The notes beneath the pieces are model-generated. The model did not search any database. It was given only the letters and a program-made list of their open reading frames with translations, and was not told the origin of the DNA. Of a stretch of 64,000 nucleotides of DNA, positions 1-10,174 are shown in pieces. The DNA is from Abditibacteriaceae bacterium (GTDB lineage Bacteria > Armatimonadota > Abditibacteriia > Abditibacteriales > Abditibacteriaceae), in the NCBI GenBank assembly GCA_965277285.1, contig OZ255721.1, positions 3,616,001-3,680,000 of the forward strand, in the 5' to 3' direction. The translations under genes were made by a program, and so were the position numbers. Position 1 is the first letter of the stretch. Every line of letters starts with the position of its first letter.

Positions 1-578
1 TTGTTTCCGGGAATTCTCAACTGGTACGAGTTGTCATCGTTATCTTCGTCGGTGCCGACGCGCGCGCCATAAACGGGAATGCTACCGTCCACCGCCGTCA
101 ACTGGTAAGCACCCGGCGCCGTAATGTTGAAAGTAACTGTCGTGCCATTGGGCGAACCGGAAGGGACGATTTGATCGCCCAGGAGCGTGCCCGTCGGGCT
201 GTACAAACGATAGCGCGTGGGATCGCCAGCGCCGCTGACTTCATCAACTGCGGTGCCAGGGCCATTGGTGCTTTCGGCGTCCAGTACGTCCACATGCGCC
301 GTACCGCCTGCCGCATCAATTTCCGCCTGCGTCACATCAATGATAAAACGGTGAACGCGGTCGGTGCTACTGGTTCCGCTCGATGTATACCAGTCGCCGA
401 TGGTGGGGGGACGATCCTGCCCACTGGTTTGCAGATAAAAATTATTGGCGGGAAAAGTGACGGCGCGTGCCGCAGACATCCAACTGGCGCCCGTTGACCA
501 AACCGCGAGCATCAACAACGTCATCAGGCGAAATGTCGTTTTGCGGCTGAACTCCCATTTTCTTTCTTGAAATCGCAT
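1..578 (-). CDS. Secreted protein, N-terminal part only (runs off window start); last visible gene of the DUF11 operon
   Basis: Manual translation from ATG 578 (AGAGGA RBS upstream): MRFQERKWEFSRKTTFRLMTLLMLAVWSTGASWMSAARA|VTFPANNFYLQTSG...YQLRIPGN, open to position 1; signal-peptide-like N-terminus. Not in the ORF track because it has no stop inside the window. Confidence 0.75.
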   Translation of the reverse strand, partial: MRFQERKWEFSRKTTFRLMTLLMLAVWSTGASWMSAARAVTFPANNFYLQTSGQDRPPTIGDWYTSSGTSSTDRVHRFIIDVTQAEIDAAGGTAHVDVLDAESTNGPGTAVDEVSGAGDPTRYRLYSPTGTLLGDQIVPSGSPNGTTVTFNITAPGAYQLTAVDGSIPVYGARVGTDEDNDDNSYQLRIPGN

Positions 579-693
579 TCTGAAATCCTCTATGATGGCT
601 TAAGGAATAACACCTTAAAAGGCGCACAGCGCCGTATCGGGAGCGATGAATCAGGCAATCGAGTACTCGAATTGCCTGATACATCTTCAACGC

Positions 694-3600
694 TTACTCG
701 TTCTGATTCAACTGGCCAGGCGCCGCACCAAAGAGGCCGGAGCCAGGAACCAGCACTGGTGCAACTCCGGGCGCTGTAATTGGCGTGAAGCCCAGTGAGT
801 TGTCAATCGTAGCGGGCTGCTTGCCTTCGAGTCCGCGGAACAAGTGCTCATCGAACTTGAAGCGTAGCCGCATGTACAAGCCGCGTTTGGTGAAAGTTTC
901 TTCGGCCAGGTCGGGGTCGCGGTAGCCGACGATGTTGTAGCCCACGCTGAGCAACATATTGCGCTGCAGCACATAACCCAACTCGGCGCCCAAACCGTAT
1001 TGATGACCGCCCGCGCCGCGGCTCCACAAGGTGCTGCCCAGCAACGTCAGGTCGAACTTGCGATTCAAGTCGCGCGTGACGCGTCCCGAAAGCAGTTGCG
1101 CGTTGCTGCTGCCGCTCAAGCCGTTCGAGTCGTCGTTCGCCTTTTTCCAGGCGTAGTGCAGGCTGAACTGTGTGGCCGCCGCGGGTTGATAATTCAAGTC
1201 GCCGGACACGATGTTGACGACGCGGCGCGTGTTCGGAAAGAGCGTTGTATCGGTCGAGTAATTGTTGTTCAAGTCGTAGCGATATTCGTATTTGAGCAGG
1301 GCGCTGAACTTGTCGATGTCGGTCTGGCGATAAGCTAAGCCGATCTGGAAGCGATCTTGTACGCGATCCGGCGAGCCATTGGTGCGCGTGCTGGTGTAAA
1401 GGTTGCGCGTCAAAAACGTCAGGTCGCGCCCCGGTTTGTAAGCCACGCCGAACGAGTTGAGCAAACCGTGCGTGTTTTGTCCGGTGCGCGCTTCCACGCG
1501 AGCCGTCGCTTTGAGGTTTTCTTTGGCCAGATATTCGATGCCAACTCCAGCAGCCGTCGAATCGCCGTTATTGCCTGCCGTCAACGATGTGCCGCCAACC
1601 GTGCGAACGCGTTCCAGCGACGTGTTGAGGCGAAGTCCCGGACCCAGATTCCACAGGTTGCGCAAGCCAAAAGCCGCTTCCGCCGAGCGTCCGTCGATGC
1701 CGTCGCCGATGCGATATTCGCTGTAAACGCGGCCATTTTTCATGTAGTCGCTTTCGATGCCGAAGCGAGTGTTGTAAGAACGCTGCGTTTCGTTGAGCGC
1801 ATACAGGCCGCCCAGCGAATCCAAGAACTCGTGCACCGCATACAAGCGCGTGCGGTTCGACAGTTGATATTCGCCGCCCAGCGCGAAGGATTTCTGACCG
1901 CCCGAAAGTTCCTGTTCGTAGCGACTGAACAGGCTGGCGCGCGGCGTGATCTGCGCCGTCACGCGAGCGAACAGGCTGGTGAAGCTGCGGTTGTCGTTGG
2001 CCAAAGTTCCGGTTCCGGAAGCAGGCGTAGTTCCCGTCACAGGATCGGGCACAGCGTCCGTATTGCCGCTCGAGTAGCGCACGCCGCCCTGCAAACGGAA
2101 GGTTTTGTTCAACGCGGTTTCCACGCTGAGTTGCGCGCCTGTGAGTTTTTGGCCGGTCGTGTCGTCCTTGGTTTGAATCGCTTCGCCCAGCAAGCGCGTT
2201 TGCTTCGACAACTGATAAGTCCCGCTGGCGCTGAGTTCGCTGCGACCCTGGGTGAGCGTCGATTCGGGATTGTCGAAACCTTTTGTCGTATGACCGGCGA
2301 ACAAGCGCGCTTGAAACTTGGCGCTGTTGTGCAGCAATTCCAAACGATAGCCGCTGCCGCTATGCTGTCCCGAGAACAATCCGCTTGTCGTGTCCAATCC
2401 AGTACTCGAACTGCCGGTGCGGTCGGTGCGCGCCCATTCGCCGATCAAAATCGTGTCCGCCGAAAGGCGTGCGACGGCGCTCAATCCCATGACTGTGGCC
2501 GGTTGCTGCGGATCATCAGCGCGATTATAGGAGCCACCGATTTGCAGGTTTTTCGTCACTTTGAACTGGCCGGTGACGCCGTAAGTGTTGAACTTGGGGC
2601 CGCCCGTATCGACTTCGTAGGTGATGCGCACGAAAACCGGATTGAGGTCGGCGTCGGTGCTGGGAATCGGGTGGTTGAAAATCAAGCCGTTGCTCAGGCT
2701 GTCGATTTCGTAATCCTGAAAGCGAATTTGCGGCGTGGTGCTGAGAATGACTGAAGGCTGATTGCGGTCGCGCACGATGATTTCGACGGTTTCGCTTTGC
2801 AGGCGCACATCGAAGTTGCCCAGCGAATACGGCCCCGCGATGCCCAAACCGCGCAACTCCGTCACTTCCTGGCGCGAATTATCGTGCGCCTGATACGCCG
2901 TGAACGAAGAACGCTCGGTTTCGTGGTGAACCTGGAAACCGTTCAACGCGCGACTGTAGCGGCTCAACGAGTTCAGTTGATCAAGCGAAGTCGTGGTGTA
3001 ATCGCCGTAGAGGATATACGACTGATTGCGGTCAACGCGCACATAAAGGCGGCTGGTCGATTGTGCATCGAAACCCTTGACCGAAGAATCGCCGTAAACG
3101 GGATAATATTCGTCCGGCTGAATGTCGCGGAACAAGCGCGCGCCCGAATCCTGCTGCGAATCGTAGCGCAAGGTCAGCAGGTATTTGCCCAGAATCTGGC
3201 CTTTCAGGAAAAGAGCGGCGCGTCCATCAACGCTCGTTTTTGAATTGAAGTTTCCGCTCAGCGATTGCAGATCGTCGTCGAAGAGGCTGGAACTCGGAAT
3301 CGATTGCGCGCTTTTCGGCGTGAAGCCGAACAAGTTGACGCGCACATCGGCGACGCCCGAACCCAGCAAAGGCCGCAGTTCCGGCACGAACACTAAACGC
3401 TCGGTGTCTTCCAGCAGGCCGCTTGTGGCGCGCACCAGAACTTGTCCGGGTTGTAACGGCGCCAGCAAATTGAAGGTCGCTTCGCCGCCTTCGATGAAGA
3501 CTTGAACGCCAGGTTCGGTCGGATTGAGGTCAACTGCTTGCCACTGACCGGCAGTCGATTCCAGCGTGATCGGCGTGCGCGCCGTTACTTTAACGCCCTT

Positions 3601-6600
3601 GTCGTCGGTCAAAATCACTTTGATTTGAACCAGGCTGCGGCCATCGGCGGGCGTGTTGCGCAAGGGAACGAGTACTCGAAGATGTCCCAAATCGCCAGGC
3701 GCCACGATTGTGATCGTCTGCGTGCCGCGAGCGTTGCCGAAGCTATCAGTTTGCGTCAGTTCGAGCGTGTTGTTGCCCGACTTCAAGCGCACGCCAATAT
3801 ATTCCCAGGCTTGCACGCCTTTGGAGGCGAGCACGCTTTTGGTTCCCACGCGGCTCTCGGAAATCGATTCGCCGTTCACTTTCAAGACGAACTTGCTGCT
3901 CGCCGCGCCCTTGACGCGAATGTTGATCTGATCGCTGGGCAAGGTGTCTTTATCTTTCAAGTCGATGAAGCCCAAATCCGGCGTCAGGGTCGGCAGTAGG
4001 TCTTCGATTTCCGTGTCTTTGTCTTCCGACAACGCACCCGCGACATCCGAACTTTGCGTGGTGCTTTGCGGCGGCGAAGCCTGACCATCCAGCGGTCCGC
4101 TGAGCGCCGAACGCGCTGGTGTTGTCGAATCATCTAAAGAAGGAATGGCACCGCGCGCGTTCAGGCTGGTGCCGGTCGCGCCGGGAGCCGAAATGCCGCC
4201 CAGTCCGCTGGTGAAGTTCGTGCCGTTGAAGCTGCCCGCGTTCGGGCTGCTGACGCCTGGAATGTCGAGCGTTGGCGCATTGGCCGTCGAAGTGCTGCCG
4301 ATGATGCCGCTGGCCGGGAGGCTGCGTCCGTCGGTCGGCGTGGCGCTATCGGTCGCCGGAGCGAGCACGGTGCGCGCGCCCTGTTCGGCTTCCGTCAGAT
4401 TTGCGGCGCTGATTTTACGACGCTCCGCGATTTCTTTGAGCATCGCGTCGGTCGGGTCAACGATAGCGAAGTTGGCTTTGTGCATTTCGCCGCTTTTCAG
4501 GTCGGCCAGAACGCTGCCCGCGTCGTCCAGGTTGCGGTTGGTCAAGAGTTCAAGTTGCGCGTCTTTGGGCAACGTGGTGATGTCCAGCTTGACGTTATGC
4601 GTCGTCGCGCTCAATCCATACATCGAATATTTGCCTTCGCTGTCGGTGATGGCGAAGGTGCCGTCTTCCAGGTAAATGCGCACGCCCGGGATGCCGACTT
4701 CGGCGTTATCGAGTACTCGATTGTGGTTGGTATCGACGTAAACGCGTCCGAAGATGATGCCGCGCGAAGTGAAGACGCCGCCCTGCACCGTGACAATCGC
4801 GCTCGCCACGTTGGAAGAGGAAGTTCCAATCGGCGTGACGCCCGTCCAGTGCGCGTGATTTCGGTTGTCTCCGCGCGCCGCGTTAACGCCGATGCGCACA
4901 CGATAAGTGATCGTAATCTGCTGATTCGCCGTCAGGTTGGGCAGCGTGAAAACCAGGTTCGGGCCGGGCGTTCCAGTCGGATCGGCTTCTTTGGTTCCGT
5001 TATAACGCACGCTGCCCGGCACCAGGGAAAAGGCGTGTGGCAGCGAATCGTACAGGCGAACCTGGCTCATATAAGTGCCGCTGTTGTTGCGGATGGAGAT
5101 GCTATAATCCACGAAATCGCCCAGATCGGCGGTGCTCACGGACGCCACTTTCTCGATGAACAAGCCCGAAGGCGGCGGCCCATCCAGCGGCACATCGAAC
5201 TGCACCGAGCCACCGTTGCCCAGCGTGAAAGTTCCGCCATACGAGCCGGACGCATCAATGACGCGCGACGGCGGCAACAAGGCGGGCGGCACAACCGACG
5301 GGAACTTATAGCCCGCGGGCGGCGTGATTTTCAATTCGTAAACGCCGGGCGCGACTTGGGGAAACTGGAACGAACCATCGGCGCCCGTCACAACCGTGCT
5401 GGGCGCGGGTGTCACGCCATCGAACTGATAAACGGTGGCCGGAGCGCCTGCATGTCCGCCGTTGCTGGTGCCGTTTACGTCGATCAAGGTTACGGTCGCG
5501 CCCGCGATTGGCGCATTGGTGCGGCTGTCGAAGACGATGCCGAACGGGTCAACCGCGATTTTGGTGGTCGCCGTGGCGCCGTTGCAATCGGTCATCGTCG
5601 CGGTCAGCACATCGTCGGGGCGCGTTTGCAAAATGCCATCGTTCGGGTCGGCGCTGTTGCCGTTGGTCGGAATCGGGCCAGTGCGGAAAATTCCTGTATT
5701 GGGGCCGGTTTCCGTCGCTGTGACTTGCAACGTGTCGCCGGTTAAAGCCGAGCGGATCAGGATCGTGATGGTTTCAATTTTTGTCGGGTCTTGATTGCAA
5801 GCGCCCGCCGTGGCCTGCAAAAAGAGCGGCTGACCGACGCCCGTCGCCGTAGCGATGCGTGTGAAGGTGCCGTCGGTGTAATAAGTCAGGACAGGCGGTG
5901 TGGTCGGCAGGCCAACAACTGTCGGGTTGGAAGGCGTCAAAACGGTGCCCGTAGTCGTGCCTGTCGAGTACTCGAGAACCGCTGTATTGGTGATTTCGGC
6001 GCCGCCCTGCGTGACTTGAACCGTCATCGTCAACTGCGACGAAGAACGCGCTCCGGCCAGACTGGTGAAGCCGTAGCCAATTGCATCAATGGATGTAGCA
6101 GGCGTGGGCGGAACAGAAACGTAGGTATCGGATGGGTCGCCAACGCGATGATAAAGGCGAATGCCTTGACCGGGATCACTCAGGCTTTGGAAAACCGTGT
6201 TAGCCGGAATCTGGTCGCGTAGCACGATCAAGTTTTGCGATGCGCCATCGACAATGACCGAAATCGGCGACGGCGCAACCGAACCGTAACTTGTCGTCGT
6301 CAGCGTGTAAGTGATGCTTTGCCCGACTGTGGCTTGCTGCGGCTGCGCGCTTTTAAGGACTCGAACCGCCACACCGGACGCGATTTGAACTGTATCGGTA
6401 TTGACGGCGGAAATGTTCTGCGTGCCGCTGGTCGCGGTGATTTGAACGTGCGAGGTTTGTCCCGACAACGCTGTACTTGGCGTGGTGCCGACGATGACCA
6501 GATCGACTGATTCGCCGGGCGCGAGCGTAATGACTGTGGTTGGCGTAATTTGCGGCTCGCCCAGGTCGTATTGACCGTTGCCGTTGACATCGCGGTACAA

Positions 6601-7008
6601 GGTCTCGTTTTGCAGATCGAAGTTGTTGCCGCTCGGGTTCGCCAGAGTCAGCGTGTAGTTGGTCGTCACGTTGCCGGTATTGGTCAGGCGATGCGGCAAG
6701 TCGACCGATGCACCAGGCGCGGTTTGCTGCGTGTTATCGGTGGTTAAGGTGAGAGATTCCTGTGCCTGCACTAAAACGCTGACCGTATTGGAATCCAAGC
6801 GCACCGGCTGATTGTTCAAGTCGAATGTTACGTTCGCCTGGTTGTCAATCGACGTTCCCGCGAGTGGCGCCTGCGACATCGTGGTTTGTGCGCGTCCTGG
6901 AGCAATTGTTCCGCACAGCGTGCCGAGCATCATCGCACAGGCGATGAAGGCGCACGAACCGAAGGTGGAGCGGGAACGAAGTGTTGAAAAAAGTCCAGAC
7001 TGTCTCAT
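694..7008 (-). CDS. Very large exported protein: DUF11 repeats, SdrD-B/carboxypeptidase-regulatory-like and Ig-like domains, C-terminal outer-membrane beta-barrel
   Basis: 2128-aa ORF; ATG 7008 has a CAGGAGA RBS; signal peptide; DUF11 motifs (VLKSAQ..TYTLT..RDQIP..ITNTA; IEKVAS..DYSISIRN..YDSLP); GRVYVDTNHN..EVGIPGVRIYLEDG; alternating amphipathic strands ending GLYMRLRFKFDE. Confidence 0.85.
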   Translation of the reverse strand: MRQSGLFSTLRSRSTFGSCAFIACAMMLGTLCGTIAPGRAQTTMSQAPLAGTSIDNQANVTFDLNNQPVRLDSNTVSVLVQAQESLTLTTDNTQQTAPGASVDLPHRLTNTGNVTTNYTLTLANPSGNNFDLQNETLYRDVNGNGQYDLGEPQITPTTVITLAPGESVDLVIVGTTPSTALSGQTSHVQITATSGTQNISAVNTDTVQIASGVAVRVLKSAQPQQATVGQSITYTLTTTSYGSVAPSPISVIVDGASQNLIVLRDQIPANTVFQSLSDPGQGIRLYHRVGDPSDTYVSVPPTPATSIDAIGYGFTSLAGARSSSQLTMTVQVTQGGAEITNTAVLEYSTGTTTGTVLTPSNPTVVGLPTTPPVLTYYTDGTFTRIATATGVGQPLFLQATAGACNQDPTKIETITILIRSALTGDTLQVTATETGPNTGIFRTGPIPTNGNSADPNDGILQTRPDDVLTATMTDCNGATATTKIAVDPFGIVFDSRTNAPIAGATVTLIDVNGTSNGGHAGAPATVYQFDGVTPAPSTVVTGADGSFQFPQVAPGVYELKITPPAGYKFPSVVPPALLPPSRVIDASGSYGGTFTLGNGGSVQFDVPLDGPPPSGLFIEKVASVSTADLGDFVDYSISIRNNSGTYMSQVRLYDSLPHAFSLVPGSVRYNGTKEADPTGTPGPNLVFTLPNLTANQQITITYRVRIGVNAARGDNRNHAHWTGVTPIGTSSSNVASAIVTVQGGVFTSRGIIFGRVYVDTNHNRVLDNAEVGIPGVRIYLEDGTFAITDSEGKYSMYGLSATTHNVKLDITTLPKDAQLELLTNRNLDDAGSVLADLKSGEMHKANFAIVDPTDAMLKEIAERRKISAANLTEAEQGARTVLAPATDSATPTDGRSLPASGIIGSTSTANAPTLDIPGVSSPNAGSFNGTNFTSGLGGISAPGATGTSLNARGAIPSLDDSTTPARSALSGPLDGQASPPQSTTQSSDVAGALSEDKDTEIEDLLPTLTPDLGFIDLKDKDTLPSDQINIRVKGAASSKFVLKVNGESISESRVGTKSVLASKGVQAWEYIGVRLKSGNNTLELTQTDSFGNARGTQTITIVAPGDLGHLRVLVPLRNTPADGRSLVQIKVILTDDKGVKVTARTPITLESTAGQWQAVDLNPTEPGVQVFIEGGEATFNLLAPLQPGQVLVRATSGLLEDTERLVFVPELRPLLGSGVADVRVNLFGFTPKSAQSIPSSSLFDDDLQSLSGNFNSKTSVDGRAALFLKGQILGKYLLTLRYDSQQDSGARLFRDIQPDEYYPVYGDSSVKGFDAQSTSRLYVRVDRNQSYILYGDYTTTSLDQLNSLSRYSRALNGFQVHHETERSSFTAYQAHDNSRQEVTELRGLGIAGPYSLGNFDVRLQSETVEIIVRDRNQPSVILSTTPQIRFQDYEIDSLSNGLIFNHPIPSTDADLNPVFVRITYEVDTGGPKFNTYGVTGQFKVTKNLQIGGSYNRADDPQQPATVMGLSAVARLSADTILIGEWARTDRTGSSSTGLDTTSGLFSGQHSGSGYRLELLHNSAKFQARLFAGHTTKGFDNPESTLTQGRSELSASGTYQLSKQTRLLGEAIQTKDDTTGQKLTGAQLSVETALNKTFRLQGGVRYSSGNTDAVPDPVTGTTPASGTGTLANDNRSFTSLFARVTAQITPRASLFSRYEQELSGGQKSFALGGEYQLSNRTRLYAVHEFLDSLGGLYALNETQRSYNTRFGIESDYMKNGRVYSEYRIGDGIDGRSAEAAFGLRNLWNLGPGLRLNTSLERVRTVGGTSLTAGNNGDSTAAGVGIEYLAKENLKATARVEARTGQNTHGLLNSFGVAYKPGRDLTFLTRNLYTSTRTNGSPDRVQDRFQIGLAYRQTDIDKFSALLKYEYRYDLNNNYSTDTTLFPNTRRVVNIVSGDLNYQPAAATQFSLHYAWKKANDDSNGLSGSSNAQLLSGRVTRDLNRKFDLTLLGSTLWSRGAGGHQYGLGAELGYVLQRNMLLSVGYNIVGYRDPDLAEETFTKRGLYMRLRFKFDEHLFRGLEGKQPATIDNSLGFTPITAPGVAPVLVPGSGLFGAAPGQLNQNE

Positions 7009-7365
7009 GCATTCTCCTGAAAAATTGCGACAAAATGCGGGGTAGGCCCGCGAAAAACTGCGTTTCCAACGTTGTGGCAACAGCTTTCTAACAACAGAGT
7101 GGCCAACATCGACATGGTGATAACAACTTTATGACAACGGCGATAAAACAACGAAAATCTTTAATTAACGGCTTGAGCGAACAATAAAACGGCGTTTCGA
7201 GTACTCGATAATCGGCAAGGGCAATAAAAAGTTTTGATAAGGAACGTCAGTTGATTTATGGTTCGGCAATATGGATTAAAACTTCGATTTGAAAATCCGC
7301 TTTCCGCAAAATGAAAGCTGCGGAAAGCGGATTTTTCTCCGTCGGTCGTGCGCAAGTTGGAAGAT

Positions 7366-7401
7366 TTTGGCGCTGCGACTTTGAAAAGCCGCAGCGCCAA
7401 A
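7366..7401 (-). terminator. Probable intrinsic terminator/attenuator hairpin after the 879-aa DUF11 gene
   Basis: TTTGGCGCTGCG..CGCAGCGCCAAA inverted repeat just past stop 7418; would favour excess of the repeat subunit over the barrel. Confidence 0.5.
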
Positions 7402-7417
7402 CCTTTAGTTCAGGCTG

Positions 7418-10045
7418 TTAGCCCAGGCCACCGTTGATGGTGACGCCGAAGTAGGCCGTCGCCGTTTGTCCCGGGTTGAGCGTGCCGACGTTGAAGGTCA
7501 ACGAACCGGCAGTGTTGTTGCCTGGAGCTGTGCCCGCAGCGTAGGTCGTTCCGTCCGTGGTGAAGGAAGCCACGCCGGTTGGCGAAGTGCTGCCATCGCC
7601 AATGGAGTAAGTCGTGGAGGCGGGCGTCGCGTCGTTGATGACAACGTTCGAGACGGGCGCCGTGCCGGTATTCGTCACTATGATCTGGTAATAGACCTTG
7701 GCGCCGGGTTTGGCCGACTGGACAGCGTTGGTGTAAGGACCGCCAGCCGTCAGCGATTGCAGTTTCTGGATGGACAACGAGCCAACGATAACGGTTGTTG
7801 TGTCGGTTGCGCTGCCGGTTACAGTGACCGGTGTGGTGCCGCTGGCGTCCGTTCCGGTAGCGGTCAAAACGGTCGGATCCGTGGTGCCCGGTGTCGCGCC
7901 CAGAGGAGCGAACACTTGAACCAAAACTTTCTGCGAAGCGCCCGCGCCCAACGAAGCAATGTTGGTGATGGGTCCAGCCGCGACTTCCGAGGGATCGAGT
8001 ACTCCATTGCCGTTGGTATCGGCGTAAACGACTGATGTGAAGCCGGTTGTGCCATCGGTTTTGGTCAGGCCGATGTTAGTCAGCGTGGCGTTGCCGTCGT
8101 TGGTGATGGTTTCGGAGTAAACAATCGAGCCACCCGGATAAACCTGGCCTTGACGGTTCGGCGTTACGGTGAGGCTGTCGACGTTGCTCGTCTTCACGGC
8201 ATCGTGAACGATGTCGCTGTTACCCGAAGTCGGCGAAACCGACTGGAAGAAGATGTCCTGCGTCGTGTTGACCGGGCTGTTGGCCGGGATCGTCACAACT
8301 GCATAGAAAGTTGCCGAACCGTTACCGGCGATGGTGCCCGTATTGGTTACGACTGGTCCAGTCGGGCTGCCCGAATGGATGACGACCTGATAGCCGGTTG
8401 GCAACGCGCCGCCTGGCGTGGAGGTCGAGCTGTAGTTCAGCGCGTAGGTGTCGGGGTTGGCGCCCTTGTTGAGAACGATCAACGGAATGGTAACGGTTGA
8501 ACCGGGCGCACCAGTTACGGTGAGAACAGGACTGGCTTCCGGCCCTTGTCCCTGACCCTGCGTCGGGCTGTTTTCGATATCGACGCTCGAAGTGGCAATC
8601 GTCGTCAGCGTGTCAGTTGCCGTTGCGGTTTTGGTCGGGTCGATGAAGGAAGTCGCCGTCTTGGTGACGCTATACGGCCCGTTCGGCTGAGCTGGAGCGG
8701 TCGTCGGCAAAATCGCTTTCACGATAACGTTGTAGGTCGCGTTCGGCTGAACGATGCCGGTATCGGGAATGCCGTTGCCGTTGGTATCGACCAAAGGTGT
8801 CACGCCATCGGGCTTGAACAATTGGAAGGTCGTGCCAGCGGGGAAGGTGTTGGTGTTGGCGGTGGTGTTAACCACGACATCAAAGCTGTCAGGGCCGTTG
8901 CCAGTGTTGGTCAACAGGTTGGTGAACGAAACCGTGTCGCCCGGGTTGGCGGTCGTCACAGCGGTTGGGCCGGTAAAGGTCACGCCCGCCGTCTGGTTGA
9001 CATGGTAGATCGCCGGGTTGGAAGGCGTCGGGCCAACCGTCGTGCCGCTGCCATCGTTGTACTGAATGGTCGCCGTGTTGGAGATATTCTGCGGCGCCAG
9101 ACCCGAGTTGATGTTGACTTGGAACGTGATGTTCGCGGTCGTGCCAGCGGGAACAGCGGCCAGCGTTGCTGTCACGGTGTGCGTGCCACTGTTGAAGGTG
9201 TAGTTGATGCCAGCGGGATCGACGCCTGTATCGTTGGCGTCGGTCAGGGCTGTGGCGCCCGCATTGCTCGAGCGTCCCGAACCGGCGACATACGTTTCCT
9301 GTGTCGGCAACACGTCGTTGATGACCACATTGGTGGCTGTCGTCGAACCGTTGTTGGTGTAGGTCAACGTGTAAGTGCGCGGCGAAGTGCTGGGCGATGG
9401 GCCGCTCGACTGGTCAATCGCTTTGGTCAGGTTGACAACCGCGTTCGGCGAAACCGTGACCGTATCGGTGTTGGTCGCTTTTTGCGTGGGGTCAATCGTG
9501 CTGGTTGCGGTCACCGTTGTGGTGCTGGTCGTGCCGCTGGCCTGCGCTGCCGGAACTTGTCCCGCGACCACAAAGCTGAAGGCTTGGCCGGGCGCCAGGT
9601 TGGGCGTTTGCGTGATCGGCGTGTTGTTGTCGGGAATGCCGTCGCCGTTGGCGTCCGCATAAATGACGGGCGTGACCGAAAAGCCGCTACCCGCCGCGTT
9701 GACAGCCGTCAGGCCAAAGACATCGTTGCCGTTACCAGTGTTGGTGACGGTGTGCGGGAAGTAAACCGGAGCGTTAGGCGCTGCGGTCACGGTGCGATTG
9801 GCCACCAAGGTCAGGGCGGCGACTTGTTGAACCGTGGTCACGGTTTCGTTCGAGGTCGCGGTGCGCGTTACGCCGGAGCCATCCGTGTAGGTGGCGCTGG
9901 CGCGGTTGCCGATGGTCGAACCGGCGAGGGGCGTGGCAGGGGCAGGGGCAGGGCCAGCAAAAGCTCGCGTTGCTAACGCCAGCGTGAGCAGCAAGGGTGT
10001 CATCTTTGTCAGCGACTGTCGTTTTCTCTGTGCAATTTGCAACAT
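7418..10045 (-). CDS. Secreted Thr/Gly-rich DUF11 repeat protein (candidate fibre subunit)
   Basis: ATG 10045 with GGGAG RBS; signal peptide ending AFA; repeated HTVTNTGN/LTNTGNGPD units, D-x-N-G-D/N-G Ca-binding-like loops, DUF11 domains. Confidence 0.85.
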   Translation of the reverse strand: MLQIAQRKRQSLTKMTPLLLTLALATRAFAGPAPAPATPLAGSTIGNRASATYTDGSGVTRTATSNETVTTVQQVAALTLVANRTVTAAPNAPVYFPHTVTNTGNGNDVFGLTAVNAAGSGFSVTPVIYADANGDGIPDNNTPITQTPNLAPGQAFSFVVAGQVPAAQASGTTSTTTVTATSTIDPTQKATNTDTVTVSPNAVVNLTKAIDQSSGPSPSTSPRTYTLTYTNNGSTTATNVVINDVLPTQETYVAGSGRSSNAGATALTDANDTGVDPAGINYTFNSGTHTVTATLAAVPAGTTANITFQVNINSGLAPQNISNTATIQYNDGSGTTVGPTPSNPAIYHVNQTAGVTFTGPTAVTTANPGDTVSFTNLLTNTGNGPDSFDVVVNTTANTNTFPAGTTFQLFKPDGVTPLVDTNGNGIPDTGIVQPNATYNVIVKAILPTTAPAQPNGPYSVTKTATSFIDPTKTATATDTLTTIATSSVDIENSPTQGQGQGPEASPVLTVTGAPGSTVTIPLIVLNKGANPDTYALNYSSTSTPGGALPTGYQVVIHSGSPTGPVVTNTGTIAGNGSATFYAVVTIPANSPVNTTQDIFFQSVSPTSGNSDIVHDAVKTSNVDSLTVTPNRQGQVYPGGSIVYSETITNDGNATLTNIGLTKTDGTTGFTSVVYADTNGNGVLDPSEVAAGPITNIASLGAGASQKVLVQVFAPLGATPGTTDPTVLTATGTDASGTTPVTVTGSATDTTTVIVGSLSIQKLQSLTAGGPYTNAVQSAKPGAKVYYQIIVTNTGTAPVSNVVINDATPASTTYSIGDGSTSPTGVASFTTDGTTYAAGTAPGNNTAGSLTFNVGTLNPGQTATAYFGVTINGGLG

Positions 10046-10174
10046 ACTTTCTCCCAAAAATAAAATAACGAAAGTGAAGGACGAGGTGATAAGCGAAGAT
10101 AAGATAAGTAAGAAGGTGGCAGCTCATCTCCGACGCGCATTGTGAAAATTAACCAACGTGCGTCTCAAGCTGTG

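Noticed and set aside
1000..9976. Long plus-strand ORFs (465, 421, 476 aa and others) opposite the DUF11 genes
   Set aside because: Antisense shadows caused by codon bias; no motifs. The same applies to 12555-13844, 23274-24578, 27297-28700 and 61461-62489.
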